A stretch of 60,304 nt of DNA from Acidimicrobiia bacterium (GTDB lineage Bacteria; Actinomycetota; Acidimicrobiia; Spongiisociales; ZC4RG35), in NCBI GenBank assembly GCA_040880765.1, contig JBBDHT010000085.1, positions 1 through 60,304 of the forward strand, read 5' to 3'. The translations under genes were made by a program, and so were the position numbers. Below, piece after piece: positions 19,579 through 30,193 of this stretch (the stretch's first letter is position 1; each line of letters starts with the position of its first letter). Under the pieces are notes generated by a model that saw nothing but the letters and a program-made list of their open reading frames with translations, did not search any database and was not told the origin of the DNA.

Positions 19579-20567
19579 CCGAAGATCGCGTGATCGAGAT
19601 CCTCAACCGGTCCAATCCGGTACCGGAGGAGATCTCGTCGGATCGAGGCGCAACCAGGTACCTCGTCGAACTCCAGACGAGGAGCAGCAAAATGCAAACG
19701 ATAGAGAAACGCGAGACAGGGTCACCCGTGCCGGGAGGCCCAAACGCTTGGAAGTGGCTGGCCGCAGCCGTCATGATCGCGGTTCTCGCCACCGCAGGGA
19801 TTTTGTTCGCCACAGCCGAGGACGAGCCCACGGTAGCGACAACGCCACAGGTCGAGGAGGATCCGGTGCCGTCGACCGAACCCGAGGCAGTCGACGAGGT
19901 GGATCCGGTGCCGTCGACCGAGGCGGTGGACGAAGACGAGCCAACGCCGCCAAACACAGCGGCGGACGCCGAGGTTGTTGGGGTTACGGGCCTTCCCATC
20001 TTCGATGGTCAGCAAGTACCAGGCGACTACGAGGTGACCGCCCCAACGAGGAACTTCATCTTCTCCAGCGATGGGAACTGGGGGATCTGTACGTTCAGAT
20101 GCGACGGATGGGAAGACGGACTAGGTGTGAACTCGCGACTGGTACCCGGCGGTATTGCAGCCATCGATCCATCTTCACAGTCGGTGGACAAACTCCACGA
20201 TCAGCTTGCAGCTGTGCCTGACCTGATCGTCGGGGAGGTACGTTCATTCAACCCCGAAGATGAAAACGCCAACTGGGCCGGATCGCAGTTCAGCGTCGAT
20301 GTATCACCCGATTCAGGATTCGCGAAGTTGTGCAGCCAGATCGGCTCAGTGGACCCGTACCCATGTGTAGATGGGAAAGGTTTCGCCGGAATACCCGAAT
20401 TCGTCGTACACGGTCCGATCACGATCTATGTGCTCGAACACACCGACGGATCCAACTTGCTGGTTGTTCCATGGTGGGGTCCACAACCACAACCTTCGGA
20501 AACAGAGTTCAGCGCATTCGCTGAGCACCTCGAAGAATTAGTCCAAACCATCCGCTTCGTCGACTGA
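19572..20567 (+). CDS. Membrane-anchored hypothetical protein, putative anti-sigma factor
   Basis: GGAGG precedes GTG 19572, overlapping the sigma stop. Single TM helix and an acidic linker with duplicated DPVPSTE. Confidence 0.7.
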   Translation: MLTEDRVIEILNRSNPVPEEISSDRGATRYLVELQTRSSKMQTIEKRETGSPVPGGPNAWKWLAAAVMIAVLATAGILFATAEDEPTVATTPQVEEDPVPSTEPEAVDEVDPVPSTEAVDEDEPTPPNTAADAEVVGVTGLPIFDGQQVPGDYEVTAPTRNFIFSSDGNWGICTFRCDGWEDGLGVNSRLVPGGIAAIDPSSQSVDKLHDQLAAVPDLIVGEVRSFNPEDENANWAGSQFSVDVSPDSGFAKLCSQIGSVDPYPCVDGKGFAGIPEFVVHGPITIYVLEHTDGSNLLVVPWWGPQPQPSETEFSAFAEHLEELVQTIRFVD

Positions 20568-20576
20568 CAAAACGCG

Positions 20577-20607
20577 ATAGGGAGGGTCGGCCCCCGGCCC
20601 TCCCTAT
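20577..20607 (+). terminator. Intrinsic terminator-like hairpin
   Basis: ATAGGGAGGG...CCCTCCCTAT, 10 bp after the stop codon. Confidence 0.7.
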
Positions 20608-20638
20608 GTTCACAACCGGAGCGATGGCGATCTCCAAC

Positions 20639-20688
20639 GGAGCATCGACATCACCGGTGCCCGTGAGTTCTCCGATCTGCTCGGGCCG
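20639..20688 (+). pseudogene. Relic fragment of the purA 3' region
   Basis: 43/50 identical, ungapped, to 17251-17300. Confidence 0.7.
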
Positions 20689-20708
20689 CGCTCGGAGACA
20701 TATCCGCG

Positions 20709-21242
20709 CTAGGTCTGAGAGCTGTCACTCTCGTCAATAACCAGAGAGCTGTTCCCTTCGGGTCGGGCGGCTTCAACCATGCCTTTGACCGTTCCCCCGA
20801 TCATCAGCGATGTAGCGACTACCAGACCACCAAGCAGTGACACCATCGCCGCCAATGTGTAGTAGAGGAACGCGTAATACGAATCCAGTTCGTCGACCTC
20901 CTCTATTGGTATTGCCAACGCCACGAGAACGGCAACGCTGACCACGATCACCGCTATCGCGAGAAAGTTGATGTTGCGAATCCGCCGGAAGAGCAGATCG
21001 GCAAAAGTCAACTCCGACGTCGAAGTAATACCGATCAATGTCAGCATGAGAGCCAGGACCGTGATACCGGCACCGATTGCTGAACCCGCGAGGAAGCGGG
21101 CGGTCGGCAACGTCGCCTCGATTAGACGCAATGCCTGGAAATTCCCGACGCTTCCGACGAGGATTACCCCTCCGAGCAAGCCGACAAAGACCACAGCCCC
21201 ACCGGTGAGGGCGCCTTTGAATTCGGAACTGCGTTTTGGCAC
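20709..21242 (-). CDS. Hypothetical integral membrane protein
   Basis: 177 aa with about four hydrophobic segments. Confidence 0.75.
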   Translation of the reverse strand: MPKRSSEFKGALTGGAVVFVGLLGGVILVGSVGNFQALRLIEATLPTARFLAGSAIGAGITVLALMLTLIGITSTSELTFADLLFRRIRNINFLAIAVIVVSVAVLVALAIPIEEVDELDSYYAFLYYTLAAMVSLLGGLVVATSLMIGGTVKGMVEAARPEGNSSLVIDESDSSQT

Positions 21243-21284
21243 GGGAGTAACCTCTACCCCGAAGCCTCAACTCTTAAGCACCCA

Positions 21285-22031
21285 CTACCTGGGGTTGGAG
21301 TACTCACCCAGGGTGACGGGGGCCGCTCGACCCCCGAGCGAGGAGATCGAAACCGTGGTTGCCGAGAAGGCGCGATGACCCTCGTAGAACATGCGGGCCT
21401 CGATCATCTGGACCACGTCATTCCCACTGCAGATCAACGCCGCGTCTCCGCAGGACCTGCGGACCAGGAAGGTCTCATAGACCACTTCCAAAGGAAACCG
21501 GTCGTGGTCCCAACTGAAGGGCTCGTCGAGAAGCAGCACCGGCATGCCGAGACGGGAGACAGTGGAGATGCTTCCCATGACGATTTCGGGGGCGGCTTCA
21601 CCAAGGAACTCGAGCACGTCGTCGTTGAACCGGATCTCAACAGACCATCCATCGGAGTTCGACCGAAAGGTTCGGTCGTAGTAGGCGCTACCCAGACCGC
21701 CCCCCGCCCGAAATGAGATATCTCCTACTGGAATCTTCCGCTCCCCAACATCGAGAACGAACCCGCCCCTGATACCGGTGAGGTGCTCCTCCTCGCCTCC
21801 GTTTAGTAAAGCAACGTACCCGGTGCCATCGGGCAGGGAACCTACATACTCGCGTTGCAGGAGCGGCACGGACCCGGTGGCGCTCACCGGGCTGGTTGCC
21901 TGGGTAGTGCCCGCAGTATTCGATCCGGGCAAATCGGGAGGAAAAAGAACGTCACTTGTGGTCGTCGTCGGTATCGCGAGCGTTTCACATGCGGACAGGA
22001 ACACAGCCGCAACGAGCACACCTATTCTCAT
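21285..22031 (-). CDS. Hypothetical lipoprotein
   Basis: Start MRIGVLVAAVFLSAC (LSAC lipobox) at 22031, followed by a Thr-rich linker. Confidence 0.7.
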   Translation of the reverse strand: MRIGVLVAAVFLSACETLAIPTTTTSDVLFPPDLPGSNTAGTTQATSPVSATGSVPLLQREYVGSLPDGTGYVALLNGGEEEHLTGIRGGFVLDVGERKIPVGDISFRAGGGLGSAYYDRTFRSNSDGWSVEIRFNDDVLEFLGEAAPEIVMGSISTVSRLGMPVLLLDEPFSWDHDRFPLEVVYETFLVRRSCGDAALICSGNDVVQMIEARMFYEGHRAFSATTVSISSLGGRAAPVTLGEYSNPR

Positions 22032-22244
22032 AGAGAGGCGCCAACTCCAAAGATGGCCTGGCCCGGAGTCCGCACCCACGCCTCGCCCACCTCTAACCGG
22101 CCCCCACGTGGCAGTCGCCATAAGCACCGTGAACGCACTCAGGCTCCGAATCAAACGTTGCATCCATATCACCAACCGTCTGGCAATGGAACGGCTTCCG
22201 GACCAGGTTACGTCGACAGCCGATTATTCACTACTGTCGCTCCC

Positions 22245-22709
22245 ATGAGTCACAAGGTTGCAATAGTCATGGGGTCGGGGTCGGATAGGCCGATTATGGA
22301 GAAGGCATCTCAGATGCTCGATCAGTTCGGTATCGAGTCGGAGACGAGGGTGCTTTCGGCGCATAAGACTCCCGACCAGGCTTTGGAGTTCGCCACCAAC
22401 GCTGCGGACAACGGCTTCGAGGTGATCATCGCCGGGGCGGGAAAGGCAGCGCACCTGGCCGGAGTCATGGCCGCCAAGTCGCTGCTACCGGTGATAGGGG
22501 TCCCGATCAATGCCTCCCTCGACGGTATGGATTCGCTTCTCGCCACGGTTCAGATGCCGACCGGGATCCCGGTGGCGACAGTTGCCATCGACGCCGCGAA
22601 CAATGCCGCACTGCTCGCGGTGGCCATGCTGGCGATCACCGACCAAGACCTTCGGCAGAAGCTCGCCGACTACCGCAAGGACCTGACCGAGAAAACCCTC
22701 GCCGGCTAA
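22245..22709 (+). CDS. purE: N5-carboxyaminoimidazole ribonucleotide mutase
   Basis: IVMGSGSD, SAHKTP, AGAGKAAHLAG, QMPTGIPVATV; the true start is ATG 22245. Confidence 0.96.
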   Translation: MSHKVAIVMGSGSDRPIMEKASQMLDQFGIESETRVLSAHKTPDQALEFATNAADNGFEVIIAGAGKAAHLAGVMAAKSLLPVIGVPINASLDGMDSLLATVQMPTGIPVATVAIDAANNAALLAVAMLAITDQDLRQKLADYRKDLTEKTLAG

Positions 22710-22711
22710 AA

Positions 22712-22764
22712 CCGTTCCGTGAGTGTCCACCGACACTGGGTGTCGGTAGATCTTCACAGAAGAG
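22712..22764. repeat. 53-bp palindromic repeat
   Basis: CCGTTCCGTGAG...TTCACAGAAGAG with an inner ACCGACAC/GTGTCGGT stem. Confidence 0.8.
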
Positions 22765-22809
22765 TGTTGGATGTGTTCCCCGGACATATTCGGGATACCA
22801 TTTGGTGCA

Positions 22810-23994
<1,185 letters not shown>

Positions 23995-23997
23995 AGC

Positions 23998-24050
23998 CCG
24001 TTCCGTGAGTGCTTATGCACACTCTGTGTCGGTAGACACTCACAGAACGG
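23998..24050. repeat. 53-bp palindromic repeat
   Basis: CCGTTCCGTGAGTG...CACTCACAGAACGG. Confidence 0.85.
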
Positions 24051-24072
24051 TCGGCCGGCCCCATAACGCCGG

Positions 24073-25323
24073 TTATTCGGTGGGGAGCGAGGGTCGACTG
24101 CCGATCAGCTCGTAGATCGCCAGTTCGCTCTTTCCTCTGACGGGGATCGTGCCTCTCTCCGCGAGCTCGTACCGGTCCTTGAGACGGTCGTAGACACGTT
24201 GACTGACCTGAATCATTCCCGGTTCGCTTGTCGATTCCATGCGGCTGGCCGTATTGACCGTGTCTCCCCAGAGGTCGTAGCTGAACTTCCTCTTGCCGAG
24301 CACGACCGCCATGACGGGGCCCGAGTGCAGGCCGAACCTCATCCGCACCTCCGCCAGACCGGGGAAGCGGTGATTCCTCAGCTCCTCTCGCATCCTCAAG
24401 GCTGCATCAGCGGCCGATCGAGTGTGGTCTTGGCCGTCTCTCGCCAGGCCGGCGACGGCGAAGTAGCTGTCACCAACGGTCTTGATCTTTTCGAGACCGT
24501 GCTCGTCGACAATGTCATCAAAAGACAAAAACAGGCCGTCGAGGGTTGTGACCAAGTCCGTGGCAGTCAGTCGGTCGGCTATCGCTGTCGATCCGACGAT
24601 GTCGGCGAATAGCACCGTGACGTCGGGTTTGTGGTCGGCTATCGGGTATTCCCCGGCTTGGAGTCGCTCGGCGATGTCCGCCGGAAGGATGTTCAACAGA
24701 AGCTGTTCCGACCGTTTATTGGCTTCGGTCAACTGCGTCTCTGCGTTGTCGGCGAGGCGACGTTGATACCAGACGACCGCTACGACGAAGCCGACCACTC
24801 CTGCAAACGACGCCACAATTAGCGAGTCTTCGATCCAGGTCCCCGATACGCCTGGAGCGACGGGTGGGTTCAGCACTACCAGCAACCCGTAGACGAGAAT
24901 CGCGAGAGCCACAACGATCCAGCGCAACGCACGGCTCCTCACATCAGTTACGAAGACCGCTCCCATCGCCGCCGCCACCAAGAAGACCGCTGGCCCGGTG
25001 CGGAACCCAACAGTGAAACTGACAGCTGCGATGTTGAACAGGCCAGTAACGAGCAACAAAGCAGCTGCAATTTCATGATGCCCGCGCCAATTAAGGGCAA
25101 GGGTCAACGCGTAACCGGCGAGATAGACCCCCAGGAGTCCCAGGTACGCCCACAGCGGAACTCTCTGCTCGGGCCGGGCCGGTAGAAACAGAACGGCGAA
25201 GAAAGCCGTGAGCGCAAGTGCAACCATGCCAACGACATTGATGGTCCTGATGCGACGCTGTTCAGAAGGCGATTGACCATCAGCCACACCAAGTCCAGCT
25301 AACCGGCTAATAGCCCATCCCAT
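24073..25323 (-). CDS. Class III adenylate cyclase with N-terminal membrane domain
   Basis: About six TM helices, then LFADIVGST, EKIKTVGD and YDLWGDTVNTASRMES; the K/D specificity residues indicate ATP. Confidence 0.9.
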   Translation of the reverse strand: MGWAISRLAGLGVADGQSPSEQRRIRTINVVGMVALALTAFFAVLFLPARPEQRVPLWAYLGLLGVYLAGYALTLALNWRGHHEIAAALLLVTGLFNIAAVSFTVGFRTGPAVFLVAAAMGAVFVTDVRSRALRWIVVALAILVYGLLVVLNPPVAPGVSGTWIEDSLIVASFAGVVGFVVAVVWYQRRLADNAETQLTEANKRSEQLLLNILPADIAERLQAGEYPIADHKPDVTVLFADIVGSTAIADRLTATDLVTTLDGLFLSFDDIVDEHGLEKIKTVGDSYFAVAGLARDGQDHTRSAADAALRMREELRNHRFPGLAEVRMRFGLHSGPVMAVVLGKRKFSYDLWGDTVNTASRMESTSEPGMIQVSQRVYDRLKDRYELAERGTIPVRGKSELAIYELIGSRPSLPTE

Positions 25324-25365
25324 ATTCGAAACGACCTCTCTTCACCCGCTCGTAACGGGCGCGCC

Positions 25366-25821
25366 TTATTCTCTACCTGCGTAATGGGGGTTCGAGAAAG
25401 GCCATGACTCATCAATCCAGTTGGCCAATTCCTCCCGAACCGGCGTATCCAATTCGGCGCGACTCACCCGCACCCATGAGCTGATCTCGGCGTCATGGTC
25501 CGGAGCTCGACTCGGGTAAATGTAGATACAGCCGATGACATCGTCGCCTTCGAGGATCGAGTACGTGAAGCCTCTGCGCTCACGAAAGTCCTCAGCGTGT
25601 CGCACCAGATCCTCCAGGTTCGCCTCCAGGGTCATCGCTACCGGCCAGTTCGGCCGTTCATGTGAACTGAATCCGGGAGTAGATCGGATGTGATCGATGC
25701 TCGACATCCATGCAGCGTGGTCACGCTCGTTGTGTTGCTCGCCCAACAGTTCCAGGTGAAAGTCAGACCACGCGTACGCATGTGGGACTTCGAAGCTCGG
25801 CGGGACAAACGTATTTTCCAT
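25366..25821 (-). CDS. GNAT/RimJ-like N-acetyltransferase family protein
   Basis: DHAAWMSSIDHIR..TPGF, FTYSIL..VIGCIYIYP, SSWVR. Confidence 0.75.
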   Translation of the reverse strand: MENTFVPPSFEVPHAYAWSDFHLELLGEQHNERDHAAWMSSIDHIRSTPGFSSHERPNWPVAMTLEANLEDLVRHAEDFRERRGFTYSILEGDDVIGCIYIYPSRAPDHDAEISSWVRVSRAELDTPVREELANWIDESWPFSNPHYAGRE

Positions 25822-25911
25822 CCTGTCGAATCTAGCCTCGGCTCGAGTGAGAGCTAGGGGCTTTTCAGAGCGCAACTCAGAGGCATTTTGCTTCCCGGTT
25901 AGGTTTGGGGA

Positions 25912-26427
25912 ATGGCCATAATCAGATCAGCCCAGCGGGGCGATGTGTCGACAATCGCTGCGATTAATGTCCGGGGCTGGCAGGCTGCGTTTCGAGACAT
26001 CATCCCGGATAATTTCCTCGATCGAATGGACTCTGAGGAGAGGCGATCGTTCGTCGGTCGAATGATACGCACGGGCGATCCCTATCACGTGGCGGTCGCG
26101 GAGGATGCCGGCGAGGTGGTCGGGTACGTGATGTTGGGACCGCCGATCTCAGAAGACCTCGAATCTTCCGGAATCCACGAGCTCTACAGCCTCTACATCG
26201 AGCCTGATCGCATCGGCACCGGGCTCGGTCGGAGCCTCATGGACCATGCCATCCAGTACCTGCGAAATGGTGATTGGGACGGCGCAGTGCTTTGGACATT
26301 TCAGGACGCTCAGCGCACTTCGAAGTTCTACGAAAGGGCTGGTTGCTATCGCGACGGAACTGAGACAATCGAAGAGATTCCAGAGGGAAACCCGGTGATC
26401 CAGGTTCGATATCGCTTCGATCTTTAG
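25912..26427 (+). CDS. GNAT family N-acetyltransferase
   Basis: ELYSLYIEP..IGTGLGRSL and FYERAG. Confidence 0.85.
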   Translation: MAIIRSAQRGDVSTIAAINVRGWQAAFRDIIPDNFLDRMDSEERRSFVGRMIRTGDPYHVAVAEDAGEVVGYVMLGPPISEDLESSGIHELYSLYIEPDRIGTGLGRSLMDHAIQYLRNGDWDGAVLWTFQDAQRTSKFYERAGCYRDGTETIEEIPEGNPVIQVRYRFDL

Positions 26428-26485
26428 CGCTCGTCCAGGTTCGGCCACCCCTGGTCGCACAAGCCTTTGTGTGTATAATATGCGC

Positions 26486-26728
26486 ATGGCTCGTGTCAAC
26501 GTTTACCTTCCCGACGATCTTGCCTCGGAGGCAAAGTCCAAGGGTCTCAACATTTCCAAGCTCACCCAGGAAGCCTTGAAGCGCGTCCTCGATTCGGACA
26601 GGATGGCTGCATGGCTGGACGAGGTCAGTTCAAACAAACCCCTAGATATCGATCCGGAAACAGTGAAGGCTGCCCTCGCCGGGGCCAAGGATGAGCTCGA
26701 GGGACTTGATAGAACCTCTGGTCCTTGA
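26486..26728 (+). CDS. vapB: Type II antitoxin (RHH, CcdA/VapB-like)
   Basis: MARVNVYLPDDLA...GLNISKLTQEAL; overlaps the PIN toxin gene. Confidence 0.82.
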   Translation: MARVNVYLPDDLASEAKSKGLNISKLTQEALKRVLDSDRMAAWLDEVSSNKPLDIDPETVKAALAGAKDELEGLDRTSGP

Positions 26729-27098
26729 CGCCTCAGCGATGGTGGAGCTCCTGATCGGCACCGAACAAGGCCAACGCATCAGTGCACGCATCCGCAATCA
26801 CGACGTGAGTGTTCCAGCTCACTTCGATGCCGAGGTGATGTCGGCGTTGGGACGCATGCACCGGTCTGGTCGCCTCGAAGCCAGCGAGATCACCGAAAGA
26901 CTCGGGCAACTCGGAGAGTCTCCATTTGTCCGCCACAACCTGCAACCCTTACTCAAAGGGGCGTGGGAGCTGCGGGACAATCTCCGCCTGGTCGACGCAC
27001 TCTATGTGGAGCTCGCGACTCGGTTGATGGCTCGCCTGATCACCGCAGATCAGTCCCTTGCCAATGCCTCCGAAATTGCCGAATTTGTGGGTAGCTAG
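26706..27098 (+). CDS. vapC: VapC-family PIN-domain toxin
   Basis: LVLDASAMV, DAEV, DALYVELA and LITAD acidic PIN residues. Confidence 0.88.
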   Translation: MIEPLVLDASAMVELLIGTEQGQRISARIRNHDVSVPAHFDAEVMSALGRMHRSGRLEASEITERLGQLGESPFVRHNLQPLLKGAWELRDNLRLVDALYVELATRLMARLITADQSLANASEIAEFVGS

Positions 27099-27886
27099 TC
27101 GGGGAGGACTTCGCCGGTCTTGTCGGGGCGTTGTTTGTGGACCCGCCCATCTACCCCCCTGAGAGGCATACCGGTGCCTTGTCCGTAACGGACCTGGGTC
27201 ATCTCGGCGAGGATCGACACGGCGACTTCCTGTGGGCTTTCCGCACCGATGTCGAGGCCGACCGGACCGTGGATGCGGGCGATGTCTTCGTCACTGAAGC
27301 CCTTCTCCTGGAGACGCTCGACGCGCAGACCATGGGTCCGTCTGCTTCCCATGGCCCCGATATACCGGACCGGGCTCTTCAGGACCGCTTCGATCACCGG
27401 ATCTTCGAGGCGCTTCTCGTGGGAGAGGACGATCACCCAGGTGCGCCGGTCCAATGTCAGCTGCTCGAGGATCTCCTCGGGGCGGCCCACCAGGACCCGC
27501 GATTCGGAGAAGCGCTCCTCGGTGGCGAACATGGCGCGAGAGTCGGCGACCGTCACCCGGTAGCCCATCTGGGTGGCGAATGTCGCTAGTGACTGGGCGA
27601 CGTGAACGGCCCCGAAGACGATCATCTCCTGGGGTGGGGCCAGGGTCTCGACAAACACCTCGTGGTCTCCGTACTGCATGGTCCGGTGCTGTTCATGCTC
27701 CATCAGCGTCAGGGCGTCGGCGACCACGTCTTCGACGATGTCGTCGGGTATCGAGCCGGCAACCACCTCGCCAGCCGAGTCGATGACCGCCTTCCCGCCC
27801 ATCCCGGGCCCATCGGTGATGGTGACGACCGACCCGTACACCTCGCGGTCGAGTAGGTCCTGGACTGCCTGGAGCGGGGTCACCAT
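27095..27886 (-). CDS. XdhC/CoxI-family Moco maturation protein (C-terminal part, Rossmann domain)
   Basis: [42 protein letters not shown]. Confidence 0.88.
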   Translation of the reverse strand: MVTPLQAVQDLLDREVYGSVVTITDGPGMGGKAVIDSAGEVVAGSIPDDIVEDVVADALTLMEHEQHRTMQYGDHEVFVETLAPPQEMIVFGAVHVAQSLATFATQMGYRVTVADSRAMFATEERFSESRVLVGRPEEILEQLTLDRRTWVIVLSHEKRLEDPVIEAVLKSPVRYIGAMGSRRTHGLRVERLQEKGFSDEDIARIHGPVGLDIGAESPQEVAVSILAEMTQVRYGQGTGMPLRGVDGRVHKQRPDKTGEVLPD

Positions 27887-28188
27887 GGCTCGATGTAGAC
27901 ATCGATGGTGCCGCCGCAGGCCATCCCCACCTCGAAAGCATCCTCGTCGGCGATTCCGTAGGTGACCTTTTTCGGCTTGCCGGTCTCGATGACTTCCTGG
28001 GCATGGAGGAAGACGTCGTTCTCGACACAGCCCCCGCTCACTGACCCGGCCATGTCGCCGGCGTCGGAGACGATGAACTTGGACCCTTCCGGGCGCGGCG
28101 CACTGCCATGGACCCGGATCACAGTGGCGACGGCGACTTTCTTACCCTCGTCGGTCCAGGTCTTCCACGTGTCCATCTGGTTTCTCAT
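27880..28188 (-). CDS. XdhC/CoxI N-terminal domain protein
   Basis: [34 protein letters not shown]. Confidence 0.88.
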   Translation of the reverse strand: MRNQMDTWKTWTDEGKKVAVATVIRVHGSAPRPEGSKFIVSDAGDMAGSVSGGCVENDVFLHAQEVIETGKPKKVTYGIADEDAFEVGMACGGTIDVYIEPW

Positions 28189-29309
28189 GCTCTGGCTCCA
28201 GCTATCGAATCGAGTATCCGTACCACTCCCTGGAAGTCACTAACGCTAGCTGCAGGGAGGAGATGATCGACGTGGGGAAGCACTGCTTGCATCCCCCTGG
28301 TCAGGGGCTCGTAGGTTTCCCGGGCGGCCAGCGGGTTGAGCCAGATCACCTGATGCACCGAGCGGGCCAGTCGGGCCATCTCGATGCGAAGCAGTTCGGG
28401 GTCGCCACAATCCCAGCCGTCAGAGAGGATGAGGACGACAGGGCCGCCCCTCGCCAGTCTCCGGCTCCAGTGCCGGTTCCACTCGGCGAGAGCCTCGCCG
28501 ATCTGGGTGCCCCCCGACCAGCCGGTGACCCGTGCGGCGGCACGTTGCAGAGCCGCCTTGGTGTCGCGTCGTCGCATCTCTTCGGTGATCCGGCTGAGGT
28601 GAGTGGAAAAGGTGAAGATCTCGACGTCGCGCAACCGGCGTTGGGCGGCATGGGCGAAGACGAGGAAGATGTCCGAGTAGGCCTCCATCGACCCTGAGAT
28701 GTCGGCGATGATCACCAAGGGGCGCTGCTTGCGGGTGCGCTCCTTCCAGCTCATCAGCATCATGTCGCCTTCGGGACCGATCGCCCGTCGCAGAGTGCGC
28801 CGCATGTCCGGCCGGCGACCATGGTTCGACCGGGCCCAGCGCCGTGTCCGGTAGTCGGTCGGGTGCCAGAGCATGGTCATTATCAGCCGCCTCGCCTCTA
28901 CGAGATCGTTGTCACTCAGCTCCGCGAAATCGCGACGGGTGACCGTTTCGACGGCTGAGGCGCCGGAGCGTTCGGCGGCACTGTCGAACTCCTCGGAGCC
29001 CACCGACCCGTGCAGTCCCAGCGTTGCCCCGCTCGACGATTCGGTCTTGTCGGGGTTGCGTGACACCAGCATCGGCGGCGACAGGCGGTGAAAAAAGCGC
29101 TCGAACTCCTCCTTGAAGATCGGGATCTGTGCCGGATCGGTGACGGTCAGGGCCTGCAGCGACGCTTCCGCCTGGGACCGTTTGGCGATATCGACCAACT
29201 GGAGCGACCTGGCCATATCAGCGGTCTGATCGGCGGTTACCACCAGCCCCCGTCCGCGGAGAGCGCCGGCGAACTGGCTCAACTGGTCGATCAGTGTGGC
29301 GGCAGTCAT
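28185..29309 (-). CDS. coxE: CoxE-like vWA domain protein
   Basis: [28 protein letters not shown]; start MTAAT at 29309 has an ATGA overlap with coxD. Confidence 0.88.
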   Translation of the reverse strand: MTAATLIDQLSQFAGALRGRGLVVTADQTADMARSLQLVDIAKRSQAEASLQALTVTDPAQIPIFKEEFERFFHRLSPPMLVSRNPDKTESSSGATLGLHGSVGSEEFDSAAERSGASAVETVTRRDFAELSDNDLVEARRLIMTMLWHPTDYRTRRWARSNHGRRPDMRRTLRRAIGPEGDMMLMSWKERTRKQRPLVIIADISGSMEAYSDIFLVFAHAAQRRLRDVEIFTFSTHLSRITEEMRRRDTKAALQRAAARVTGWSGGTQIGEALAEWNRHWSRRLARGGPVVLILSDGWDCGDPELLRIEMARLARSVHQVIWLNPLAARETYEPLTRGMQAVLPHVDHLLPAASVSDFQGVVRILDSIAGARA

Positions 29310-30184
29310 CCGACCAGGGTTTCGACCCCCGCGCTCCTCACCAGGTCGATGTCGTCCTTGTACTTCAAAACAACACCGAGGGTCGACTCGATCATGGGGA
29401 CCGACAGCTCCCCGGCCTGGAGCAGGCGGAGCGACTCGGCCCAATCGAGCGACTCGGCCACCCCGGGCGGTTTGAACAGGTCGACGTCGCGGAGACGGCT
29501 CATTGCCTCACTCACCGAATCGGCGAGGGCAGCGTTCAACTCGGGGACCTTGCGCTGGATGATCGCCGACTCCCGCTCCGGCGTCGGGTAGTCGATCCAG
29601 TGGTAGACACAGCGGCGTTTGAGGGCGTCGTGGATCTCCCGGGTCCGGTTCGAGGTGAGAACGACGATCGGAGGCTCTTCGGCTTTGATGGTGCCGATCT
29701 CGGGAATCGAAACCTGGAAGTCGGACAACAACTCGAGGAGAAACGCTTCGAACTCTTCATCGGCGCGGTCGAGCTCGTCGATTAGCAATACCGGTCGATT
29801 CCCGGCGGTGCTCGCCTCGATTGCCTGGAGGAGAGGGCGGGCGATCAAGTACTCCCGGCTCATGATGTCCTCGGGGGTGGCGTCGGAGCCTTTCCCGCTG
29901 GCCTCCAGAAGTCGAATAGCCATCATCTGACGGGCGTAGTCCCACTCATAGAGCGCCTGGCCGACGTCGAGGCCTTCGTAACACTGCAGCCTGATCAGCT
30001 CCGCGCCCGACATCCGGGCGAGGACTTTGGCCACTTCGGTCTTGCCGACCCCGGCCTCACCTTCGAGGAACAGCGGCCTCCCCAGCTGCACCGCGATGTG
30101 GATAGCGACGGTGAGGCTCTCGTCGCTGAAATAGTCGAACTCGTCGAGTTTGTCTGCGAGGTCTCCGACCGTATTAGGAATCAC
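29306..30184 (-). CDS. coxD: CoxD-like MoxR AAA+ ATPase
   Basis: GEAGVGKT, RLQCYEGLD, LIDELDRAD, TSNRTRE.HDALKRRC. Confidence 0.92.
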   Translation of the reverse strand: MIPNTVGDLADKLDEFDYFSDESLTVAIHIAVQLGRPLFLEGEAGVGKTEVAKVLARMSGAELIRLQCYEGLDVGQALYEWDYARQMMAIRLLEASGKGSDATPEDIMSREYLIARPLLQAIEASTAGNRPVLLIDELDRADEEFEAFLLELLSDFQVSIPEIGTIKAEEPPIVVLTSNRTREIHDALKRRCVYHWIDYPTPERESAIIQRKVPELNAALADSVSEAMSRLRDVDLFKPPGVAESLDWAESLRLLQAGELSVPMIESTLGVVLKYKDDIDLVRSAGVETLVG

Positions 30185-30193
30185 AGATCAAGC

